Below, in pieces: positions 10,437 through 19,728 of a stretch of 64,000 bases of DNA. How positions within the stretch are numbered: position 1 is the stretch's first letter; every line of letters starts with the position of its first letter. The position numbers were made by a program, and so were the translations under genes. Below the pieces are notes generated by a model. The model saw only the letters and a program-made list of their open reading frames with translations, ran no database searches and was not told where the DNA came from. The stretch is from a virus (taxonomy: Duplodnaviria; Heunggongvirae; Uroviricota; Caudoviricetes), in the IMG/VR virus record IMGVR_UViG_3300029621_000179. The stretch is one strand, 5' to 3'.

Positions 10437-10576
10437 TTAAACTAGGAAAATAGGAAAACAAAGGCATAAAGATACTGGAAAGCATCCGGTGTTTTTATGC
10501 TTTTTTACATTTACGGTCGCTATGAGGATTCCATCTTCAGCGGCCTTTTTGCTATCAAACTGGAGGTGAGATCCCA

Positions 10577-11140
10577 ATGGGGAGAAAGAAAAAGAATGCC
10601 CGGTCAGCAGCACATGGACGAAAGATCCACGTTAATAAATACATCAATCAACGAGGGAAGACCAAGAAAAGGGCAGTAGTATCCTGTCAGCCGGCACCTA
10701 ATAGAGTGCCGATTCAGGAGATGCCGCTTACCAGATGGCCGGTACCAAAGATACCGAAGCAGTATGAGATCTGGTTTGCAGAACTGGGGAATCATTATGG
10801 TACCTCGGTGCAGAGCGGGAACCGCCCGGTGTTGGTTATCAGCAACGATATGGCAAACCGCAATTCTCCAATCATCACGGTAATCCCGATGAGTTCCAAG
10901 CTGAAGAAGCTGGAACTGCCGGTTCACATTCCGGTCACCGGGAGAGACTGCGAAATGCTCCGGGATGAGGGACTGGAAGAATCCATTCTGCTGGTGGAGC
11001 AGATCACGACCATTGACAAGATGGTCCTGTGTAACCGGCTCTGCCGTGTGACCTCGGCCAGGAAAAAGCAGGAGATCGAAGCTGCTGTTAAAAAGCAGTT
11101 TGCGATGCAGGCTTGTATGGGAAGGGAGGCGCAGGCATGA
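10577..11140 (+). CDS. MazF/PemK-family (mRNA interferase fold) protein with basic N-terminal extension
   Basis: RBS GGAGGTGA. The core PKQYEIWFAELGNHYGTSVQSGNRPVLVISNDMANRNSPIITVIPMSS matches the PemK/MazF signature. About 50 aa of Lys/Arg-rich sequence precede it. Confidence 0.6.
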   Translation: MGRKKKNARSAAHGRKIHVNKYINQRGKTKKRAVVSCQPAPNRVPIQEMPLTRWPVPKIPKQYEIWFAELGNHYGTSVQSGNRPVLVISNDMANRNSPIITVIPMSSKLKKLELPVHIPVTGRDCEMLRDEGLEESILLVEQITTIDKMVLCNRLCRVTSARKKQEIEAAVKKQFAMQACMGREAQA

Positions 11141-13566
11141 TGGACATCAAGAACATTCCGGGCAAGTTGAAAACGACCTGCAGCTTCTGTGTCTGGAAGT
11201 TTGAAAAGCGCAATGGCCAGAAGACCAAGATGCCATTTAACACGGCAACGGGGGAACGGGCGAGGATTAATGACCTGCGTACATTCTCAGATTTCAAGAA
11301 TACCCTTGTCACCTATGCGATGGGCGGTTATGACGGTATCGGTATTGCTGTTGGCAACGGAATCGGAGCTTTTGATATCGACCACTGTATCCGGGAGGAT
11401 GGTACGCTGAATGATACGGCGGATACCGTCCTTTCCATCTTTCCTACGGCTTACGTGGAAAAATCTCCGTCCGGCAAAGGACTGCGAGGTTTCTTCTGTG
11501 TGCCGGAAGACTACGTCTATGACAAGACGGTCTACTACATCAATAACCGCAGCAAGGGTCTGGAAGTGTATATGCCCGGTGCGACAAACCGCTTCGTCAC
11601 AGTGACGGGAGATGTTTACCGCACAGGTGAGATCCCGAACGATGAAACCGCAATGACGACACTGTTGGACACGCTGATGAAGCGAAACAAGCAGGTGCAG
11701 CAGACCCATTTCCAGCACCATTCGTATCTGGATGATGATGCTGTTATCGCACACGCCAACGAAGCCAGCAACTCGGAAAAGTTCAAAAAACTCTTTGCCG
11801 GTGACTGGGAGGACCTCTACGGCAGCCAGTCGGATGCGGATATGGCATTGCTGTCGATCCTGGCATTCTGGTGTGGCTGTGATGAGGAGCAGATGGACCG
11901 TATTTTCCGTACTTCTGGTCTGATGCGTGACAAGTGGGACAGAAAACAGGCTGGTTCGACCTATGGTGCGATCTCTATCCGTAACACGGTCAATACCTGT
12001 GCGGCTGTCTATATGCCGGTCAACGCACAGGATATTGTGGATGAGGAGTTTTCCAAGCTGGATGAAGATGACTATATCGAGTTCCAGCCGGATCTCACCA
12101 AGATCACGGTCACGCTGGAAGAAATGGCTCCGCACACAAATTCCCGGTATGGTAGAAATGAGATCGGCATGGGCAATATGTTTGCGGATTATTTCAAGCA
12201 GATCGCCCGGTACAACAGTGAGCGTAAAGGCTGGTATGTCTATGACGGATCTGTCTGGCGGCCGGACAAAGGCAATCTCAAGGTATCGGAACTGGCAAAG
12301 CTGCTGGCGGACAAGCTGTATGTGTTTGCCCTGACGATTACCGAAGAGGATGCCAGAAAGCGGTTCATCGACCGTGTCCGAAAGCTGCAGCTGCGTAAGA
12401 ACCGGGAAACGATGCTGAAAGATGCCATGTCCGTGTATCCGATCTCCATGCAGGCATTTGACAGGAACAAGTATTTCTTTAATTGCAAAAATGGAACGCT
12501 GGATATGCGGACACTGGAATTCAGGGAGCATCGGCCGGAGGATTATCTCACAATGGAATCCGGTATTACCTACGATCCGGATGCAGACTGTCCACGCTGG
12601 CACTCGTTTATCAAGGAGGTCATGTGTGGAGATGCAGATCTGGCAGACTTCCTTCAGCGTTCTTTGGGATACGCCCTGACAGGAGATACCTCGCAGGAGT
12701 GTATGTTTATCCTTTACGGTGCCACTTCCCGAAACGGCAAAGGCACTGCAATGGAAACCTTCCTGAAGATCATGGGCGACTACGGCAAAACCTCAAATCC
12801 GGATATGCTGGCAGCTAAATTCCGTGGTGGGAACACAGGCGGACCTTCGGAAGAAGTGGCTCGTCTGGTCGGCTCCAGATTTGTAAATATCTCTGAGCCG
12901 GAGAAGAAGATCACATTTAATGCAGCTCTCGTAAAAAGAATGACCGGCAACGATACCATCAATGCTCGATTCCTGAATGAGAACAGCTTTGATTTTGTGC
13001 CGGTGTTCAAGATTTTTATCAATACGAACTACCTGCCCAATGTCAATGATATGACCTTGTTCCAATCCGGCCGACTGAAGATCATCCCGTTCAACCGTCA
13101 TTTTGAAGAGGGAGAACAAGACCAGGGGCTGAAAGGACAGTTTGCGAAGCCGGAGAACCTGTCAGGTATTTTTAACTGGTGTCTGGAAGGGTATAAAAAG
13201 TTTTGCCAGCGCGGTTTGGAACTTCCGCAGGCGGTCACGAAAGCCACGGAAGATTACAAGGATGATTCTGATCGGATCGGGCAGTTCATTGAGGCGTGGC
13301 TTGAAAAAGAGGAAGGGTCGGAACTTCGGACAGCGGCAGCATACCAGCTGTACACAAAGTGGTGTGAGGAGAACGGGTATTCCTCAGAGAACCAGAAGAA
13401 CTTTAAAAATGCTATCGGTGTACATTTCAAAGTGGTCCGAAAGCGTCCCAAAGGCGGTGGCGGACAGACTACGCTGATCATGGACTGCAGGTTCAAGGAA
13501 GTGGAAGATGGAGCGGAAGACCTGACGGTACAGGATGCATATAAGCCAAAGGACAGTCTTTTGTGA
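11137..13566 (+). CDS. bifunctional primase-polymerase / SF3 (P4-type) helicase
   Basis: RBS GGGAGG; prim-pol motifs (GIGIAVGNG, FDIDHC), a PriCT-like segment (MALLSILAFWCGCDEEQMDRIF), and Walker A GATSRNGKGT of D5/P4-family helicases. Confidence 0.8.
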   Translation: MMDIKNIPGKLKTTCSFCVWKFEKRNGQKTKMPFNTATGERARINDLRTFSDFKNTLVTYAMGGYDGIGIAVGNGIGAFDIDHCIREDGTLNDTADTVLSIFPTAYVEKSPSGKGLRGFFCVPEDYVYDKTVYYINNRSKGLEVYMPGATNRFVTVTGDVYRTGEIPNDETAMTTLLDTLMKRNKQVQQTHFQHHSYLDDDAVIAHANEASNSEKFKKLFAGDWEDLYGSQSDADMALLSILAFWCGCDEEQMDRIFRTSGLMRDKWDRKQAGSTYGAISIRNTVNTCAAVYMPVNAQDIVDEEFSKLDEDDYIEFQPDLTKITVTLEEMAPHTNSRYGRNEIGMGNMFADYFKQIARYNSERKGWYVYDGSVWRPDKGNLKVSELAKLLADKLYVFALTITEEDARKRFIDRVRKLQLRKNRETMLKDAMSVYPISMQAFDRNKYFFNCKNGTLDMRTLEFREHRPEDYLTMESGITYDPDADCPRWHSFIKEVMCGDADLADFLQRSLGYALTGDTSQECMFILYGATSRNGKGTAMETFLKIMGDYGKTSNPDMLAAKFRGGNTGGPSEEVARLVGSRFVNISEPEKKITFNAALVKRMTGNDTINARFLNENSFDFVPVFKIFINTNYLPNVNDMTLFQSGRLKIIPFNRHFEEGEQDQGLKGQFAKPENLSGIFNWCLEGYKKFCQRGLELPQAVTKATEDYKDDSDRIGQFIEAWLEKEEGSELRTAAAYQLYTKWCEENGYSSENQKNFKNAIGVHFKVVRKRPKGGGGQTTLIMDCRFKEVEDGAEDLTVQDAYKPKDSLL

Positions 13567-13589
13567 TCCTTTTTCTGATTTTGGGTGCT

Positions 13590-13700
13590 TTGTAGCATGT
13601 AGCTGGTTTGTAGCCGAGATTTCATAACCTTTTTTATTATTACTTTCTTTTATAGCTTTCTTATATAAAATTCAGCTACATGGTTGCTACATGCTACATG
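13590..13700. repeat. origin-like element: AT-rich core flanked by inverted arms each carrying three GTAGC iterons
   Basis: Left arm TGTAGCATGTAGCTGGTTTGTAGC. Right arm is its reverse complement, CAGCTACATGGTTGCTACATGCTACA. A ~55 bp AT-rich spacer lies between them, immediately downstream of the primase-helicase gene. Confidence 0.4.
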
Positions 13701-13838
13701 AGTTGAAAAGAAGAAAGGAAATTAAGAGAATGAACGGAAACCATGAATAGAGACAGGGCAGGCAGTTTTTGTGGGAGCCTATTTGTGGGCAAGGGCAAAG
13801 GCAGCCTGCTTTGTGATACAGGAAAAAGAGGACAGAAC

Positions 13839-14906
13839 ATGAGTAAAATTATCACCTGTGAACAGGTCAGCAATGGCCATCCCGATAAGATTTGTGATCA
13901 GATTGCAGATGCCATTGTGACCGACATTCTCCAGCATGACAAGAACGCCCGTGTGGCAATCGAGTGTCTGCTGAAAAAGAGCCAGCTTTTTATTGCCGGT
14001 GAGGTCACCACCGATTACCGGCCAAACTACAATCAGATTGTCCATGATGTGTTTAACCGCATCGGTGCTGAAAAGCTGGGATGGAACCTGACCGAGCTTC
14101 TCCGCATCGGCATTCTGGTGGACAAGCAGTCCCCGGATATTGCACTGGGTGTGGATAAGGGCGGTGCCGGTGACCAGGGCATCATGTATGGCTACGCCAC
14201 CAACGAGACGGCAGAGCAGATGCCGATTCCCTACATGGTCGCCACCAAGTTCCTGCAACTGCTGAAGAACTATCCGTCTAAGATGTTCCGTGCAGATGCC
14301 AAGGCACAGGTCAGCTACGATTACGACACCGGCCGAATCACCACCTTCCTCTGCTCTGTGCAGCACAGCCCGGATGTGGAGGTCAGCGACTTCCGGCACA
14401 TCATCGAATCCATGATGGTGCTGGCCGCCTGCGAGTACGGTCTGGATGGTGACTTCACGAAGCTGGTCAATCCGACCGGTCGATTCGTGCTGGGCGGCAG
14501 CTACGCCGACTGTGGTGTGACTGGCCGGAAGCTGGCGTGCGACACCTATGGCGGCATCGGTCGTATGGGTGGTGGTGCTCTGAGCGGCAAAGATCCAACC
14601 AAGGTGGACCGCTCCGCTGCATACATGGCGAGGAAGATTGCCAAGGACATCGTGCAGGCGGGCTACGCAGACAAGTGCGAAGTCCAGCTGGCCTACGCCA
14701 TCGGCGTGGTACAGCCAGTGGGTGTGGCAGTGGAGTGCTTCGGTACGGAGCACCAGTCCCTTGACTTCATCGAAGCCTACGTCCATGACAGCTACGACCT
14801 GACCCCGCAGGGTATCATCAAGCGGCTGGGTCTGCTGGATGTAGACTACAACAAGGTCAGTGCTTACGGTCACTTCGGCAAGGCTGGCCTTCCGTGGGAG
14901 GACTGA
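13839..14906 (+). CDS. metK: S-adenosylmethionine synthetase (methionine adenosyltransferase)
   Basis: N-terminus GHPDKICDQIADAIV and GAGDQGIMYGYA are canonical MetK signatures; RBS AGAGGA; ~355 aa. Confidence 0.85.
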   Translation: MSKIITCEQVSNGHPDKICDQIADAIVTDILQHDKNARVAIECLLKKSQLFIAGEVTTDYRPNYNQIVHDVFNRIGAEKLGWNLTELLRIGILVDKQSPDIALGVDKGGAGDQGIMYGYATNETAEQMPIPYMVATKFLQLLKNYPSKMFRADAKAQVSYDYDTGRITTFLCSVQHSPDVEVSDFRHIIESMMVLAACEYGLDGDFTKLVNPTGRFVLGGSYADCGVTGRKLACDTYGGIGRMGGGALSGKDPTKVDRSAAYMARKIAKDIVQAGYADKCEVQLAYAIGVVQPVGVAVECFGTEHQSLDFIEAYVHDSYDLTPQGIIKRLGLLDVDYNKVSAYGHFGKAGLPWED

Positions 14907-14909
14907 CCC

Positions 14910-15269
14910 ATGCCGTACAGACCAAAGACACCATGCCATCATCCCGGCTGCCCGGAGCTGGTAGAACCCGGCCGGTTCTTCTGTGAGAAGCACCTGCCTC
15001 TCCACCCAGAAGCCACTCGGCCAGCAGCAAAGCGTGGATACAACAGACGGTGGCAGAAAGCCAGGAAGTCGTATCTCGAAGCACATCCACTCTGTGTGCA
15101 GTGTGCCAAGCAGGGTAAGTATGTCCGGGCAACGGTCGTGGATCACATCATTCCGCACCGTGGTGACCAGAACCTTTTCTGGGACCAAAATAATTGGCAG
15201 GCTCTCTGCAAGAACTGTCACGATAAGAAGACGCTGACCGAAGACATCAACCCGACCTACACCTACTGA
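14910..15269 (+). CDS. HNH endonuclease
   Basis: Paired CxxC motifs (CHHPGC, CVQCAKQG...CKNCH) with H-N-H residues (VDHIIPH...NWQALC). Confidence 0.75.
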   Translation: MPYRPKTPCHHPGCPELVEPGRFFCEKHLPLHPEATRPAAKRGYNRRWQKARKSYLEAHPLCVQCAKQGKYVRATVVDHIIPHRGDQNLFWDQNNWQALCKNCHDKKTLTEDINPTYTY

Positions 15270-15278
15270 CACCCCGCC

Positions 15279-15336
15279 GGGGGCCGGGGTCACTTCTCTA
15301 CGGTGAAGTCACACGGAGACCGGTGGCCCCTTTTCT
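15279..15336 (+). terminator. intrinsic terminator after HNH gene
   Basis: GC-rich stem GGGGGCCGG...CCGGTGGCCCC followed by TTTTCT. Confidence 0.5.
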
Positions 15337-15669
15337 GTGAAAAACCGCAAAATTGATAGGCCGGGGGTCAGAGGATTAACGGCGCAAAATGAAACAGGAA
15401 AATGTACAGGCATCGGAGCTTTCGTTCCGGTGCCATTCTTTTTCCCCGAAATGAACCAAAGTGTGTGAAACTTCTCGAAAACAGGGAGCTTTCGCACATT
15501 TTAGCTTGTTCCGGGAGGAGCGAGGGCGAGCGAGAATCGGCCGCCGCAACAACAATTCAACCGGGCGGGACGGGGCCGATTTCCACTTCGCCGCTTTTCG
15601 TATGAATTATGAGATTTTTCTAAGAAACCGCCGAAGAAACGGCGAAAAATGAGAGTGAGGTGAGGGCAG

Positions 15670-15969
15670 ATGGATGATTACACGGCTGAGATGATAAGGG
15701 ACATGGCTTTTTCGTTCTGCCCTCAGTGCGGTACAGCCATTGTGCCGAATCATAAAGGCAGACCGAGAAAGTTCTGCTCACCGGAATGCCGGTCAAGGTG
15801 GAACAACACCCACCCAAAGCCGGAAAACTGGAGAACAGTGCGGTCAAAGATCTGTCCGGTGTGCGGCAGGGAGTTTTCCTACCGGCATCAGTACGGATTG
15901 GAACGAAAATATTGCAGTCGGGCTTGTGCCAACCGGGGCAGGAAGAAGGAGGCGAACAGGAGTGAGTAA
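15670..15969 (+). CDS. zinc-ribbon protein (two CxxC...C(S)xxC repeats)
   Basis: RBS GAGGTGAGGG; FCPQCG...FCSPEC and ICPVCG...YCSRAC Cys pairs; basic C-terminus. Confidence 0.45.
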   Translation: MDDYTAEMIRDMAFSFCPQCGTAIVPNHKGRPRKFCSPECRSRWNNTHPKPENWRTVRSKICPVCGREFSYRHQYGLERKYCSRACANRGRKKEANRSE

Positions 15970-16189
15970 GAAGATTATCGGTGTGTATCCGATGTTCAAC
16001 ACCGGGGGTATCTGTGTACATGCGATTGACGATGCGGAAGATAAGGTTCTGGCATCCGTGAACGGGGAAAACCCGGAGTGGTGCGAGATGGCTGAACAGC
16101 CGCAGGAAGATGGAGATGAAATGGAGTCGGGCTTTTTGTTCGGCTCCTTTTTCGTGCCGTTTTCAGGGGTCATTCGCATGGGAATCTGA
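15961..16189 (+). CDS. small hypothetical protein (GTG start)
   Basis: AGGAGG 9 nt upstream of GTG; 76 aa; low support. Confidence 0.2.
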
Positions 16190-16205
16190 ATTAGGAGGAA
16201 CCTAC

Positions 16206-17477
16206 ATGAAAGCGACTGCTGAACTGAAGATGCTGCCGGTGTCCGTACTCAAGCCGGCTGCATACAATCCCCGGAAAAAGCTGAAGCCGGGGGATAAAGA
16301 GTACGAGAAAATCAAGAACTCCATTACGGAGTTCGGCTTCGCAGATCCTTTGGTGGTCAATGCCGACATGACGATTATCGGTGGTCACCAGAGACTGACA
16401 GTAGCGATGGAGCTGGGCTACACCGAAGTGCCTTGTGCGGTGGTGGACATCGACAAGACCAGGGAGAAGGCCCTGAACATCGCACTCAACAAGATCACGG
16501 GTGCATGGGATGATTCTCTGCTGGCTGATCTTTTGAAGGACATTGAGGATTCCAACTTCGACCTCGGTAAGACAGGCTTTGACCCGCCTGAGATCGAGAC
16601 GCTGTTCAACAAGGTCCACAGCAAAGAGGTCAAGGAAGATGACTTCGATGTGGAATCGGAGCTGAAGCAGCCGTGCTTCTCCAAAGAGGGCGACCTCTGG
16701 CATCTGGGTAAGCACATCGTTCTGTGCGGCGATTCCACCAAGCCAGAATGCTACGATACCCTGATGGACGGCACCAAGGCAAATCTGGTACTTTCCGATC
16801 CCCCTTATAACGTGGATGTGGAAGAAACGGCTGGCAAGATCCTGAACGACAACATGGGCGATTCGGAATTCTACCAGTTCCTGCTGGCAGCGTTCCAGCA
16901 GATGCACGGGCATCTGGCGGATGACGGCTCCATCTATATCTTCCATGCAGATACGGAAGGGCTGAACTTTAGAAAGGCATTCAAGGATGCAGGGTTCTAC
17001 CTGTCCGGGTGCTGTATCTGGAAGAAGAATGCTCTGGTGCTGGGACGCAGTCCTTACCAGTGGCAGCACGAGCCGTGTCTTTACGGCTGGAAGCAGAAGG
17101 GGAAACACCAGTGGTATTCCGACCGGAAGCAGACGACCATCTGGGAGTATGACCGGCCGAAGTCCAACAAGGACCATCCGACCATGAAGCCCATCGGTCT
17201 GATGAGCTATCCGATCCGAAATTCCACCATGACCAACGGCATCGTCCTCGATCCGTTCCTTGGCAGCGGTTCTACCCTGATCGCCTGCGAAGAAACCGAC
17301 CGTGTGTGCCGAGGCATTGAGCTGGACCCGAAGTTCGTGGATGTGATCGTGAAGCGTTATATCGAACACAGCGAGGGTCACTACGATGATGTGTATGTCA
17401 TCCGTGACAGTCAGAAGCTGAAGTTCGAGGAAGTGGCGACCTTCGAGCCGGAAAGGGAGGTCGCTGATGGAGAATAA
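16206..17477 (+). CDS. ParB-like nuclease domain fused to N6-adenine/N4-cytosine DNA methyltransferase
   Basis: RBS GGAGGA; ParB N-terminal box (LKPAAYNPRK, IIGGHQRL); DPPY motif (LVLSDPPYNV) and a C-terminal SAM-binding region. Confidence 0.8.
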   Translation: MKATAELKMLPVSVLKPAAYNPRKKLKPGDKEYEKIKNSITEFGFADPLVVNADMTIIGGHQRLTVAMELGYTEVPCAVVDIDKTREKALNIALNKITGAWDDSLLADLLKDIEDSNFDLGKTGFDPPEIETLFNKVHSKEVKEDDFDVESELKQPCFSKEGDLWHLGKHIVLCGDSTKPECYDTLMDGTKANLVLSDPPYNVDVEETAGKILNDNMGDSEFYQFLLAAFQQMHGHLADDGSIYIFHADTEGLNFRKAFKDAGFYLSGCCIWKKNALVLGRSPYQWQHEPCLYGWKQKGKHQWYSDRKQTTIWEYDRPKSNKDHPTMKPIGLMSYPIRNSTMTNGIVLDPFLGSGSTLIACEETDRVCRGIELDPKFVDVIVKRYIEHSEGHYDDVYVIRDSQKLKFEEVATFEPEREVADGE

Positions 17478-19596
17478 ACAGCTGACCCTCGGCAGCCTCT
17501 TTGATGGCTCCGGGGGTTTTCCATTGGGCGGGCTTTTGACCGGGCAGATCACTCCGGTGTGGAGCAGTGAGATCGAGCCGTTTGCCATCCGGGTCACGAC
17601 CAAGCGTCTGCCGCAGGTGAAGCATTATGGAGATGTGTCTGCTATCAGCGGTGCAGACCTACCTCCTGTAGACATCATCACTTTTGGCAGTCCCTGTCAG
17701 GATATGTCCATCGCGGGTAAGCGGGACGGTCTGGATGGTTCACGGTCCAGCCTGTTTTACGAAGCAATCCGAATCGTGAAGGAAATGAGGTGTAAGACCA
17801 ATGGAGAAAAACCAAGATTTATCGTGTGGGAGAATGTGCCAGGGGCCTTCTCCTCAAACAAAGGACAGGACTTCAAAGCAGTCCTCGAAGCCGTCATCGG
17901 TGTTAAAGAACCGTCCGCCTCGGTGCCTGCGCCTGAGAAGAAAGGATGGCCCGACGCTGATTACTACGTGGGAGGCGGATGGAGCGTCGCGTATCGAGTT
18001 TTTGATGCACAATGGTGGGGCGTTCCCCAAAGAAGAAAACGTATCTACCTTGTCGCAGATTTTGCAGACCAGAGTGCCCCAAAGGTATTATTTGAGTCCG
18101 AAGGCGTGTCTCGGTATTCTGCGGAGGGCTTCCGTGCGTGGCAAAGAGCTGCCGCCGGTGCTGAAAGCAGCACTGGAGAGACAGGCTGCAGTGGAGCAGG
18201 AGGACGGCTCTGTCTGAACGATCAGGGCGGAGAGAGGATGGATGTGACGGAAGAGGTGACAGCCACCCTCCGTGCAGAGGCACATCATCCGCCGTGTGTT
18301 ATGGAAGCCGCTGGTTTCTGTACCGAGCATTCCGCAAATGCCAGAAGCATTGGATACGAAGAGGAACGGTCACCGACCCTCCGGGCTGGCGTCGTGCCGG
18401 CCGCCATCGCACTGGAAAATCACCCTGCGGACAGCCGGGTGAAGATTTCCGAGGACGGTAAGGTACAGACACTGACAAGCCGGTGTGGTACGGGTGGCGG
18501 TAATGTCCCGATGGTCATGGACGCTGTTGAAAATTCAGTGGAAAGCCCGGTGAAAGAAGTTGAAAACTCTCCGGCGGTCACATTGAAGATCCGTTCCGGG
18601 TGTGAAGGCGGTGGCAAGGGCGCTATCTGGCAGGAAGAAAAGTCGGCTACCCTCGGCTGCAACAACGACCAGACACTGTTCGTTCCGAAATGCTACGGTG
18701 TCTGCTCTAAAGCCAGCCACTCCATGATGTCCGATAATCCGCAAAGCGGCTTCTATGAAGCGGAGACCTCCCGGACACTAGACCGCAGTGGTGGAGATCC
18801 GACCTGCAATCAGGGCGGTATCTGCGTGGTAGAGCCGGTCGCCTTTACCCAGAACCAGAGGGATGAAGTCCGGGATCTGGGAGAGAAGTCAGCGGCACTT
18901 GCAGCAGAGCCGGGGATGAAGCAGCAGACCTTCGTCCTGCAGGGTAATATGATCGGCCGCAAGGATGAGAACGGTCCGCAGGGGGATGGCGTCAATGAGG
19001 ATGTCTGCTTTACACTGGATGCCACTGACCGCCATGCAGTCTGCGCACCGGAGGATGTGTATGCCATGACCACCGGCTCCTATATGCAGGTGGCAAAAGA
19101 AGTCGCACCGACTCTGATGGCACGGGACTACAAAGACCCGACCACCATCGCACCGGTGCCGCATCTGAACGAGGGTGTCATGGGAACGGTGGCAACCGGG
19201 GCGCATCCAAGCGGCTTCAACGGGCAGGATGCTTTCAATGACCGTCTGGTCATCGATAACCCGGAAGCGCAGCCGGCACCTGTGACCTATACCGTCCGCC
19301 GCTTGACACCGACCGAGTGTGCCAGACTGCAGGGCTTCCCGGACTGGTGGTGCCGGAACCTTGGAACAGAAGATCCGACCGAAGAAGAGCTGGCGTTCTG
19401 GGCAGATGTGTTTGAAACGCACCGCAAAATCGTGACCCACGCCAAGAAGCCGAAAACGGAGAAACAGATCCGGAAATGGCTGGCTGACCCGTATACGGAT
19501 TCGGCAGAGTACCGTATCTGGGGCAACGGCATATGCTTAGCCAACGCATTTTTTGTTCTGGCCGGCATCGCATGGTGTGCAGGTCTGGAAGAATAA
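17467..19596 (+). CDS. DNA (cytosine-5)-methyltransferase with ~400 aa variable region (probably multispecific)
   Basis: Motif I LFDGSGGF, motif IV GSPCQDMSIAGKR, motif VI ENVPG, and late motifs TPTECARLQGFPD. A very long target-recognition insert lies between motifs VIII and IX. Confidence 0.85.
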   Translation: MENKQLTLGSLFDGSGGFPLGGLLTGQITPVWSSEIEPFAIRVTTKRLPQVKHYGDVSAISGADLPPVDIITFGSPCQDMSIAGKRDGLDGSRSSLFYEAIRIVKEMRCKTNGEKPRFIVWENVPGAFSSNKGQDFKAVLEAVIGVKEPSASVPAPEKKGWPDADYYVGGGWSVAYRVFDAQWWGVPQRRKRIYLVADFADQSAPKVLFESEGVSRYSAEGFRAWQRAAAGAESSTGETGCSGAGGRLCLNDQGGERMDVTEEVTATLRAEAHHPPCVMEAAGFCTEHSANARSIGYEEERSPTLRAGVVPAAIALENHPADSRVKISEDGKVQTLTSRCGTGGGNVPMVMDAVENSVESPVKEVENSPAVTLKIRSGCEGGGKGAIWQEEKSATLGCNNDQTLFVPKCYGVCSKASHSMMSDNPQSGFYEAETSRTLDRSGGDPTCNQGGICVVEPVAFTQNQRDEVRDLGEKSAALAAEPGMKQQTFVLQGNMIGRKDENGPQGDGVNEDVCFTLDATDRHAVCAPEDVYAMTTGSYMQVAKEVAPTLMARDYKDPTTIAPVPHLNEGVMGTVATGAHPSGFNGQDAFNDRLVIDNPEAQPAPVTYTVRRLTPTECARLQGFPDWWCRNLGTEDPTEEELAFWADVFETHRKIVTHAKKPKTEKQIRKWLADPYTDSAEYRIWGNGICLANAFFVLAGIAWCAGLEE

Positions 19597-19728
19597 ACTG
19601 GCCCGCTATATTACTAGGTAGAAAGCGACCTGGTGATATGGTGGGCTTACATATTGGTCCTATTTACACAACAGATTTCGCAGTCCCTTGTGTAATTAGT
19701 CGAACATGAAGAATATCGGGAAATGGCC

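Noticed and set aside
10233-10679. Small ORFs (10233-10445, 10497-10679) as candidate MazE-like antitoxin upstream of the MazF-like gene
   Set aside because: They overlap the preceding gene or the promoter region, lack RBSs, and are basic or Cys-rich rather than acidic MazE/PemI-like.
11287-12603. 438 aa minus-strand ORF opposite the primase-helicase gene
   Set aside because: It is fully contained antisense to a well-supported gene, has an Arg/His-rich composition and no start context. Similar antisense ORFs occur opposite polA (3921-4784), MetK (13779-15293), the ParB-methyltransferase (16191-17603), the C5 methyltransferase (18889-19440), the tail fibre (51573-52217) and AntA (61338-62249).
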